In this document: piece after piece, positions 9,090 to 16,866 of the stretch
Numbering within the stretch: the first letter of the stretch is position 1
How the letters are laid out: each line of letters starts with the position of its first letter
Source: Capsulimonadales bacterium
Lineage (GTDB): Bacteria; Armatimonadota; Armatimonadia; Armatimonadales; Armatimonadaceae
Length of the DNA: 46,554 nt
Direction: 5' to 3'
NCBI GenBank assembly: GCA_033762295.1
Contig: JANRLW010000132.1
Location: forward strand, 1 to 46,554
The notes under the pieces: generated by a model
Told to the model about the DNA's origin: nothing
The model's database searches: none
Seen by the model: the letters and a program-made list of their open reading frames with translations, nothing else
Position numbers and translations under genes: made by a program

Positions 9090-12008
9090 TCATGGCGAAA
9101 AAAAAGCCCACTCGCAGAGCGATTCGACCGATAGCGCCGCAGCTTCCCGGCGAAGGAGTGCGGTCTTCCCGGCGTCCCCCGCTTTAGCCGTCAGGGCTTC
9201 CAGCAGGTTCGCCGTATACGTATGAAAGGACGATTGCAACAGAGCGAAGATTCGTTCGGCGGCGGCAAAGAGACGACGCGCGGCTTCAAGTTCCCTCTGG
9301 CCCTCCGCGACCTCGGCAAGGTTGTTCAAGGCGCGTCCGATCCCGAACGAATGCCCGACCTTCCGTTCGCAGGCCAGCGCCTCCCGATAGAACGCACCCG
9401 CAACGGCAAGGTCGCCCCGCTGATGCGCGATAACGCCGAGATTGTTGAAGCTACTGCCCGCGCCGCGCAAATTGCCCCGCTCCTGATGTGCGCGTAATGC
9501 CTCCCGGAAGTAACGTTCCGCTCTTTCCCGGTCCCCATCGGGATCACGTCGTTCCACCAGTCCCCGATTATTGCACGTGATCCCGGTAAGGATCGGATCG
9601 TTCGCTCGTTCGGCGAGCATTGCCGCGTCGGCCAGCGTCCGACGCGCCCCGGCAAACTCCTTCCGTACCAGACGCGCCTGTGCCAGGATATTCAGTGTCA
9701 GGCCGCGTTCGACCGGTTCCTCGACCGGAATGTTCAACGCCTCTTCGGCGAGTCGTTCCGCCGCTTCCGGTTCGTTCCGATCCAGATGCAATCCCGCTCG
9801 CTCCCGAAGAAGACGCGCGTATGCCTGCGGGAACGGCTCCTTTTGCACCCGGAGTGCCTGTAATCCGGTTTCGACAGCGAGGATCGCAGGTTCGGTGAAT
9901 CCGCGCCGCTGGGACACTCCGCATAACGCCAGGGCCAGATCGGCGGCTTCGAGAAACGCGCCCGCTCGAATCGCCGTCTCCATCGCCTCCCGTAGATTAT
10001 CGCTGTGCGCTTCGAGCGCGACCAGTGCGTCCGCTTCGGTCGGAGTATAGAAGCACGTCCGCCACAGACGAGCGAACCGGGCGAAATGCTCGAAATGCCG
10101 GCGACGCACTCCCTCCTCCCGATCCGGAAAGGCCTTTAACCGTTCGCACGCAAACTCTCGAAGCGGTTCGAGCAAACGGTACTGCGCTTCGTTCGCATCG
10201 CTGTGCGCCCGATAGATCAGGGAGTATCGCTGCAGACTCTCGATCCGGTTGAGGGTATTCGCCTCCGCCCGCACCGCCTCGGCATCGTGCAGAGAGAACG
10301 TGCCGACGAAAACTCCGAGTTCGGCGAACGCCCGCCGTTCCGCCTCCGGCAGGAGGTTATAGGACCATTCGACCGTCTCGGTCAGAGAGCGATGCCGCTC
10401 CGAAAGATCGCGGCGGCGGCTGACCAGCAGTTCCGACGAGCGGGCGAGGCTTTCGCACATCTGCCGGGGGGTCAGAGTGCGCGACCAGGCTGCGGCCAGT
10501 TCGATGGCCAGCGGAACCCCATCCAGGTGACGGCATAGTTCCGCAACGGCGGCGGCGTTTCGTACGGTCACCTGAAAATCCTGATTGGCCAGCCGCGCCC
10601 GGTCCGTGAACAAACGAACGCTCTCCCATTCCAGGAGTTGTTCGGGCGGCCCGGTCGCTGTCGGAACCGGCAGAGGGGCAACCACGACCTCGACCTCACC
10701 TTCGAGGTCCGGACGAATACGGGAGGTCGCCAGAAACGTCACCCCCCTCGCCTTCTCCCGGAGGGAACGCACGGTCGCGATGATTCCGCTCTCCATCAGG
10801 TGCTCCATATTGTCGAGCAGCAACAGGCAGGGTTCGCGTCGGGTCAGTTCCCGCGCGGTAAGCGTCAGCACATCCGTCTCGGCTTCGGTTTCCACGCCGA
10901 GAGTACGCAGGATCGTTTCCGGGACATTGGTCGCGTCGGTCAGTGAGGCCAGCGGTACGAAATAGACGCCGCCCGGAAACGCGTTCGTCACTCCGCGCGC
11001 CGCCTCCAGCGCGAGGCGCGTCTTCCCGATCCCACCCGCACCCGTCAGGGTCACGAGCCGTCCCAGGCTGCCGCAAACGATCTTACGTATCCGCTCGATC
11101 TCCTCCTGTCGCCCGAAAAACCGGGTGAAATGCATCGGGAGATACAGGGCGGGTGTCGGCGCGGTTTCGGGCATCGTGCTGATCTCGGCGCGCTTCGCAG
11201 GGAGGGACGTCCCCTTCGACGGGGGTGGCGATAGCCGACCCTCGGCGGACAATGTCGCGAAGGGAATGGTCGGCGTCTCCGCAAGCTCCGTCTCCAGGGC
11301 ATTTGCCCAACTATCGTATTGACGTCGGGCTTCCGCCATCTTTCCGGAGGCGACCAGCAGTCGAATCAGTCGGACCTGCGCCTCCTCACGTAAAGGGTCT
11401 TTGTGCACGACGCGCCGAACGCTCTCCTGCGCGGCTGTCAGGTCGCCGTCCGCCATCTCCTGATCCGAGAGGCGCAACAGGGCTTCCATATACTGTTCCC
11501 GGAGATGCTCCCTCGGCTCCGAAATCCAGTCCTCATAGAAGTCGTTGAGCAGATCGTCCCGGTAAAGGTCGAGCGCCTTCCGGAGAATCTCGATACGCTC
11601 ACGGATCGTTTCCGTATGTGCCGCAGTGAATAAATGGCGTTCGAACCCTGCGACATCGGTCGTAATGGCGGTGGGGTTGAGGCAGACCGAGAAACGATCG
11701 GCCATCAGGACGCTTCCGGCGGGAACGCCCGGGGGTTCCAGTTGCCTGCGCAGCGCGGCGATCTCCTGTTTCAGACGATTGCGGCCCGCGATCGGGTCGG
11801 AGTCCGGCCAGAGAATCTCGGTCAACGCATCCCGACCGAACCCCGTCGACGGCCCCGAACGTTTCCCTGCGTGCAGCGCCAGATACCCCAGTAGCTGCGC
11901 CGTTTTCCGGGTGCGGAACTTCGTCAGGACGACGGAATCCGTTCCGACCGCCCCCGTCAGTTCCGCTGTCAAACCTCCGAACAACCGTATGTACCATGGC
12001 GTAACCAA
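9090..12008 (-). CDS. AfsR/SARP-family regulator: wHTH-BTAD-STAND(NB-ARC)-TPR
   Basis: IRLFGGL...LLGYLAL...LTEILWP wHTH; BTAD (DLYRDDLL...DPLREEA); FFGRQEE, Walker A GAGGIGKT, Walker B LLLLDNMEH, LDGVPLAIELAAA; C-terminal TPRs. Confidence 0.95.
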   Translation of the reverse strand: MVTPWYIRLFGGLTAELTGAVGTDSVVLTKFRTRKTAQLLGYLALHAGKRSGPSTGFGRDALTEILWPDSDPIAGRNRLKQEIAALRRQLEPPGVPAGSVLMADRFSVCLNPTAITTDVAGFERHLFTAAHTETIRERIEILRKALDLYRDDLLNDFYEDWISEPREHLREQYMEALLRLSDQEMADGDLTAAQESVRRVVHKDPLREEAQVRLIRLLVASGKMAEARRQYDSWANALETELAETPTIPFATLSAEGRLSPPPSKGTSLPAKRAEISTMPETAPTPALYLPMHFTRFFGRQEEIERIRKIVCGSLGRLVTLTGAGGIGKTRLALEAARGVTNAFPGGVYFVPLASLTDATNVPETILRTLGVETEAETDVLTLTARELTRREPCLLLLDNMEHLMESGIIATVRSLREKARGVTFLATSRIRPDLEGEVEVVVAPLPVPTATGPPEQLLEWESVRLFTDRARLANQDFQVTVRNAAAVAELCRHLDGVPLAIELAAAWSRTLTPRQMCESLARSSELLVSRRRDLSERHRSLTETVEWSYNLLPEAERRAFAELGVFVGTFSLHDAEAVRAEANTLNRIESLQRYSLIYRAHSDANEAQYRLLEPLREFACERLKAFPDREEGVRRRHFEHFARFARLWRTCFYTPTEADALVALEAHSDNLREAMETAIRAGAFLEAADLALALCGVSQRRGFTEPAILAVETGLQALRVQKEPFPQAYARLLRERAGLHLDRNEPEAAERLAEEALNIPVEEPVERGLTLNILAQARLVRKEFAGARRTLADAAMLAERANDPILTGITCNNRGLVERRDPDGDRERAERYFREALRAHQERGNLRGAGSSFNNLGVIAHQRGDLAVAGAFYREALACERKVGHSFGIGRALNNLAEVAEGQRELEAARRLFAAAERIFALLQSSFHTYTANLLEALTAKAGDAGKTALLRREAAALSVESLCEWAFFSP

Positions 12009-12038
12009 TTCTTTTCCCAGGCTAAATATTCGTCGAAA

Positions 12039-12067
12039 ATTTTAACAATACCTGCAAACTTTGACAG
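12039..12067 (-). promoter_or_regulatory. Putative sigma-70 promoter of the SARP-STAND gene
   Basis: Minus strand CTGTCA-N17-TAAAAT with extended TGn. Confidence 0.45.
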
Positions 12068-12093
12068 ATTATTTGTTGTGCCGAATCGTATTT

Positions 12094-12129
12094 TCCTGTT
12101 ACGAAGGCGTTACGGTAGGTCGGTAGAGT
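12094..12129 (+). promoter_or_regulatory. Putative SARP-type activator site plus -10 box upstream of the PEP-CTERM operon
   Basis: TCC-TGTTACG-aagg-CGTTACG-N9-TAGAGT; same motif and spacing as at 9049-9084. Confidence 0.75.
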
Positions 12130-12157
12130 GGACCCGTGGTGGAAAACAAGGAGGATT

Positions 12158-13060
12158 ATGTCTATGTTTTCTCGTCTTGCGAGGTATGTCGCGCTCCCGG
12201 CGATCGGACTCGTCTCGCTTTTGTCCGCGCCTTCGGTAAAGGCGCAGGTACTGGCTCCGGAGGTGTTGGTCGGGGGGAAAACCCAGCGTGAACTGGCTCT
12301 GGATTGGTTTCGCTGGCTGGCGACGACCCCGGTCGGCCCGAACCCGTTCAGCGCCACCGGGTCGCTGCACCCGATGATGGAGGTGACCGGAGCTCAATCG
12401 TTCCGTGGCGCGCAGTCGGGAACGCCGGGTGTCTTCTTTATCGGAGGGACTTTCTCCGACATCAATGGCTTTTCGACCGTTCAGCGCACGGTCCATATCG
12501 CGGAAAACACGTCGCTCTTCTTCCCGCTCGTCACCAACGGGCCAGCGGACAATACGAATATTCCCCCGGCTCCGCCGACGACACTGACACCGGATGAGAT
12601 GCTCAACGGGGGATTCGGCACCGATTACCTGACCAGCTTCGACGGTTCTCAGCTTTTTACCGAAGTGAACGGAATCGCCGCGACCGGTCTGAACGCGCAC
12701 CGGCAAACGTTCGGAGGCGCCGGATTCGATGTCGTTTATACGAATACGGACAATCTCAACGCCGCCTTCGGCTTTGACGTCACCCTCGGCACCGGCATTT
12801 TTCCCTCCAGCGTTCTTAGCGCGGCGGATGGCTATTTTGTCGCGCTCGCCCCCCTGTCCAAAGGGTTTCACACCATCCACTTCGGCAGCACGACCGATTT
12901 TGTCGCGCCGGATGGCACCTTCCAGCGCACCTTCACTCAGGACATTACCTATCTGGTCACGGTTGGCGCTCCGGAACCGGTCTCCATTGCGCTTTTCCTC
13001 GCTCCGTCGCTTGTCGTCGGGCTGTTGTTGATGACGAAAACTCGAAAGGAATCCGTATGA
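12158..13060 (+). CDS. PEP-CTERM-sorted surface protein with an uncharacterised domain
   Basis: AAGGAGG RBS, signal peptide (..PSVKA-Q), C-terminal APEP-hydrophobic-KTRK sorting signal. Confidence 0.88.
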   Translation: MSMFSRLARYVALPAIGLVSLLSAPSVKAQVLAPEVLVGGKTQRELALDWFRWLATTPVGPNPFSATGSLHPMMEVTGAQSFRGAQSGTPGVFFIGGTFSDINGFSTVQRTVHIAENTSLFFPLVTNGPADNTNIPPAPPTTLTPDEMLNGGFGTDYLTSFDGSQLFTEVNGIAATGLNAHRQTFGGAGFDVVYTNTDNLNAAFGFDVTLGTGIFPSSVLSAADGYFVALAPLSKGFHTIHFGSTTDFVAPDGTFQRTFTQDITYLVTVGAPEPVSIALFLAPSLVVGLLLMTKTRKESV

Positions 13061-13836
13061 AAACGCTCCGTTCTCGTCCTCGTCTGCCGGGAATCTTACC
13101 CGCTCTTTTTCTTCTCCTGATTGCCGCCGCCTTGCCGGCATCGGCGCAACGACCGCGCGTCCTCCCGCCCGGATCGATTGTGGAGGGCAAATCGCTCTCC
13201 AAATGGGCCGATCTCTGGTGGAAACGGATCTATGAAACGCCGGCCGCAATAAACCCGTTACTGGACACGACAGGTCAGTTCGGCGGGGTCGGTCAAAAGG
13301 GACCTGTCTTTTTTCTCTACGGAACATTCGGCGGCGTGGTTGAAAGGACCGTGACCGTCAAAGGGGAAAAGTATCTGTTCTTCCCGATAATCAACTTCGA
13401 AAACGATCCCTATCCCTTCGGCGACCCGAATGCGCCGTATCTTGATTGGACGGTCGCTTTCCTCCGGGCAGGCGCAAAAGCCAACATCGATATGACAAAC
13501 TACCTCGATGCCACGGTGGACGGGGTTCCGGTGACCTGTCTGCGGTATACCAACGGAAAGCCGGTTTGCAGTCTGTTCGACCATCGAGAGCGGACGAAAA
13601 AGCCGTTCACGTACACTCTGCCCGGCAACTTCGAAGATATCGCGACCTTCTTCGGCGATCCGCGCTTTACCGGACAGGAGATCGGCCCGGCTGTTTCGGA
13701 TGGTTACTGGCTGATGCTGACCCCGCTCCGCAGGGGCTGGCACACGATCACCTTCGCCGCTACCACGTCTTTTGGGTTCGATTTACGGGTGAGCTACCGT
13801 ATCCATGTCGTCCGTGACGAAGACGACTGCGACTGA
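13057..13836 (+). CDS. Secreted protein, paralog of the upstream PEP-CTERM protein, without an anchor
   Basis: ATGA overlap; signal peptide (..LPASA-Q). Motifs shared with 12158-13060: VxGK..W..W, VFF.GTF, LFFP, DGY...L.PL..G.HTI.F. Confidence 0.88.
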   Translation: MKTLRSRPRLPGILPALFLLLIAAALPASAQRPRVLPPGSIVEGKSLSKWADLWWKRIYETPAAINPLLDTTGQFGGVGQKGPVFFLYGTFGGVVERTVTVKGEKYLFFPIINFENDPYPFGDPNAPYLDWTVAFLRAGAKANIDMTNYLDATVDGVPVTCLRYTNGKPVCSLFDHRERTKKPFTYTLPGNFEDIATFFGDPRFTGQEIGPAVSDGYWLMLTPLRRGWHTITFAATTSFGFDLRVSYRIHVVRDEDDCD

Positions 13837-13871
13837 CCATCGCCCGTAACCCGGTCTGCCGGGGCTGGGTT

Positions 13872-15371
13872 CTAACGAACCTTGCCCCGGAGGTACCGCC
13901 AGAGGACTCCGAGGTCGGTCCGAACGGAAGCGGTGGCGAGATAGAGCGATTCGGCGAGACGCGGTTCCGACGGTTCCGACGGTTCCGACGGTTCCGTTCG
14001 GACATCGTCCCTGCCGATACGAATATCATGGACCAGTCCCGGCTTTCCGCGCAGATACATCGTTCGGAACGCCATCGGCAGGCCCAGAGTCGCCTCACGG
14101 GACCGGGGTTGAACACCGACAAAGCGCAACTTCCCCTGCGCGACCGCAATCAGTCCCGGCAGGAAATGCAGCAGAAAATGGCGTAACCCGGAAAGCGATT
14201 TCGCGGCGGGCGCGAAGGTGAGGAACGATTCCTCGCGCCAGTCACGTTCGTCGAGCGTCGTCGGCAACGTCAGGACCGCGTGGCGAAAGGTGAGGGGTCC
14301 GCGTCGGAAAACGAGCAAGGCCAGGGCGGTCAGCAACAACAGCGGCCAGAGAAACAGGAGACATACGATCGCCGCGCCGCGCGACGAGAGAAAGGACCGC
14401 CGGGGTTGCGGCTCCTCAACGGTTCGGGTCGGCAGATAGATATTGGGCGCTTCGGGCCGTGTCGATGTTCGCACCTGCCAGACGCGCCCCCGGTCGGCCA
14501 CCGCGTCGGCGAGTTCCAGTCCCCCGCCCACCGACGCCGCCGGTAGCAGCAGCGCATCCTTGATCGTCGCCCGCTCACCGACCAGAACGTTCGCCCCGAG
14601 AACCGCGTTCGGACCGATCTGCGCTCCCTCGCCGATATGGCTGTTCTCACCGACATAGACCGGCCCGATCAGGCGGGCGGTCGGATGGACGTACGCGCCG
14701 GGGCGGATCAGAATCCGATTTTCGTCGCCGGGATCGGACTCGATCCGGGCCAGGGTCGGGCATCCGGGATGGAAACAGCGGTCGGGAAACTCCTCCCGCG
14801 CCACCCGTCGCTGCGCCGTCAGCAAGCCGGCGAAGGAGCGCACGTCGAGATAGGGGTCAGGCATCACCACGGCGTGGCGGGGGCGGGAACGAAGCCACAT
14901 CTCGAAGGTGTTTTCGTCGGTGACCAGCGTCGCTTCGGTCAGCATCACTCCGGGCAGCACCACCCAGCCAAGCCATCCTTCGCGCGAACAGAGCAGGATC
15001 GGCGCGAACCGCTCGGCGCTCTGGGCGCTCACCAGCGTCAGTTCCGCCGACGGCAGACGATCGGCATGCGCCACCAGGACACTTTCATCCGCGCCGGACA
15101 GCCGGGCAAGCAAACCGTAGAGCGACTTCTCGCTCGCGGCCCGATGGAACCGGGCGAACAGACGCTCCGGAACCTCCTCGCGCAGATGCGCTTCCGCCTG
15201 CTCCGCGTGCCCGAACAGCAGGAAATCGAAGGCATCCACCCCGGACGCGATCAGCGACGCGACCACATACCGCAGGAACGGACGGTCCACCACCGGCAGC
15301 AACGGGGTGATGTAACGCTCGGCCAGAGTCGGGTCCTCCGGCGCTCCATGGATGATGACAATTGCTCGCAT
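13872..15371 (-). CDS. Nucleotidyltransferase-like + left-handed beta-helix + sugar-transferase (monoPGT)-like fusion, apparently degenerate
   Basis: PLLPVVDRPFL N-terminus; hexapeptide repeats (VHPTARLIGPVYVGENSHIGEGAQIGPNAVLG); TM helix followed by LPGLIAVAQGKLRFVGVQPR...KPGL. Confidence 0.75.
   Translation of the reverse strand: MRAIVIIHGAPEDPTLAERYITPLLPVVDRPFLRYVVASLIASGVDAFDFLLFGHAEQAEAHLREEVPERLFARFHRAASEKSLYGLLARLSGADESVLVAHADRLPSAELTLVSAQSAERFAPILLCSREGWLGWVVLPGVMLTEATLVTDENTFEMWLRSRPRHAVVMPDPYLDVRSFAGLLTAQRRVAREEFPDRCFHPGCPTLARIESDPGDENRILIRPGAYVHPTARLIGPVYVGENSHIGEGAQIGPNAVLGANVLVGERATIKDALLLPAASVGGGLELADAVADRGRVWQVRTSTRPEAPNIYLPTRTVEEPQPRRSFLSSRGAAIVCLLFLWPLLLLTALALLVFRRGPLTFRHAVLTLPTTLDERDWREESFLTFAPAAKSLSGLRHFLLHFLPGLIAVAQGKLRFVGVQPRSREATLGLPMAFRTMYLRGKPGLVHDIRIGRDDVRTEPSEPSEPSEPRLAESLYLATASVRTDLGVLWRYLRGKVR
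13962..13996. repeat. In-frame 9-bp tandem repeat (CGGTTCCGA x ~4; encodes EPSEPSEPSEP)
   Basis: Read directly from the sequence. Confidence 0.9.
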
Positions 15372-15524
15372 CTCGGACTTTTCCGGTCTTCGTGATCTTT
15401 TCGAAACCGCGAACCGGGGCGTCCCGTCACGGTCTCAACTGATGGAATCATCGGTCCGTTCGCCCTGATACCGTATACCGACACGCAAAAATCAGGAGCG
15501 AAACTTTATCGGAATTCCACGTAC

Positions 15525-16736
15525 TCAGGCTGCGATGCGTTCCTTCAGTGCCACCGATGGTTCGGTCACCGATCCCGTCAGTTGACGAAAGAGCGCACAG
15601 AGGGACGCGATATGCCGATCCGCGGTGAAATGCGCGCCGACGAACAGGGGGCCGGTGATGCTCAATCGCTGACGCAGCGTTTCGTCGAGCAGAAGACGAT
15701 CCAGCGCGCGTCCGAGCGCGAACGGATCGTTCGGCGGCACGGCAAGCCCGGTGACTCCGTCCTGCAGCCATTCGGTGACCCCGCCAACCGCGGACGCGAC
15801 CACCGGGGTTCCGTAGCTCATCGCCTCCGGCCCCTCCACGAAAAACGGGTCCGGAGACCGCGCCGGAAGGACGGCGACCGTCGCCTGTAGATAGGCCCGC
15901 GCCAGCGTCTCGCCGCTCGCTTTGCCCGCGAAAACGGTTCGCTTTTCCAGTCCGACCGCTTCCGCCAGCTCCTTCAGGTTTTTCGATTCCGGTCCCTGAC
16001 CATGGATCAACAGACGGGGACGGGTCTGCATCCGCGAAACGGCCTGCAACAGAAGGTCCGCGCCACGGCCTTCGATCAGCGGGCCGACAAAAAGCAGGAG
16101 ATCCGGTTGACGCTCGACCCGGCGCAGGTAGAGTGTCCGCATCGGGGGCGGGACATACAGGGGCAGGACATGAATCCGGGACGGGTCGAACCCGTGTAAC
16201 GCCAGCAGGTCCGCCATATAATGCGATCCGGTCAGAAACGCCGAATAGACTGCCGCATTCGCCCTCCGGGTCCGGCGCAATTGCCCCGGCGACGTCAATG
16301 GCACCCGACCGTTCTCTCCCTGCCCGCGAAACGGAAAGGTCAGACACGAATAGCAGCCCCATCCGACCGGACGGTCACAGGGCTGGCGTCCGATGGCGGT
16401 CATTCGGTCGCCTCGCGGACATAAACTACGGTGATCGTGGAAGAAACGCACGCTCGGAATCCCGGACTCGGCAATCAGCGGCGGAAGATGCACGTTTTCG
16501 CAGCGATGCACGAACAGCAGGTCCGGGACCAGGGTTCCAAGACGTGTCCCCAGTTCGCCCAGCGGATACACTCCCGCCTCGAACGGGTCGGCGTAGAACG
16601 GTTCGGCGGCGCCGGTATCCTCGAAGAAAAGCGACGAGACGATCCCCTGTTTTCGGAGAAGGGAGGCCGTCTCGTGAATATATCGTTCGCCCACGCCGGC
16701 GAAACCGGCATGTTCATTGATCCACAGAACATGCAT
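15525..16736 (-). CDS. Glycosyltransferase family 4
   Basis: AGVGERYI N-terminus, FFHDHRSLCP, PDPFFVEGPEAMSYGTPVVASAVGGVTEWLQDGVTG. Confidence 0.92.
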   Translation of the reverse strand: MHVLWINEHAGFAGVGERYIHETASLLRKQGIVSSLFFEDTGAAEPFYADPFEAGVYPLGELGTRLGTLVPDLLFVHRCENVHLPPLIAESGIPSVRFFHDHRSLCPRGDRMTAIGRQPCDRPVGWGCYSCLTFPFRGQGENGRVPLTSPGQLRRTRRANAAVYSAFLTGSHYMADLLALHGFDPSRIHVLPLYVPPPMRTLYLRRVERQPDLLLFVGPLIEGRGADLLLQAVSRMQTRPRLLIHGQGPESKNLKELAEAVGLEKRTVFAGKASGETLARAYLQATVAVLPARSPDPFFVEGPEAMSYGTPVVASAVGGVTEWLQDGVTGLAVPPNDPFALGRALDRLLLDETLRQRLSITGPLFVGAHFTADRHIASLCALFRQLTGSVTEPSVALKERIAA

Positions 16737-16804
16737 GGCTTAACTCTTATCGATGGAAGAAAAAAGGCGACGTCAAAATTGTGACCTCTAAACATTTGTC
16801 AACC

Positions 16805-16819
16805 GCAAATACCATGCCA
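16805..16819 (-). promoter_or_regulatory. Putative sigma-54 (-24/-12) promoter for the GT4 / sugar-transferase genes
   Basis: Minus strand TGGCATG-GTAT-TTGC matches TGGCAY-R-N4-TTGC, 68 bp upstream of the GT4 ATG. Confidence 0.65.
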
Positions 16820-16866
16820 TGGGTGGTTCGGAGGAGGGAATCGGTTTGCCGGACGTCAATCCGGGG

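Noticed and set aside
12061..12094. Plus-strand TTGACA as the -35 for the PEP-CTERM operon
   Set aside because: No TAnnnT at 16-18 bp spacing. The same bases fit the divergent promoter of the regulator better.
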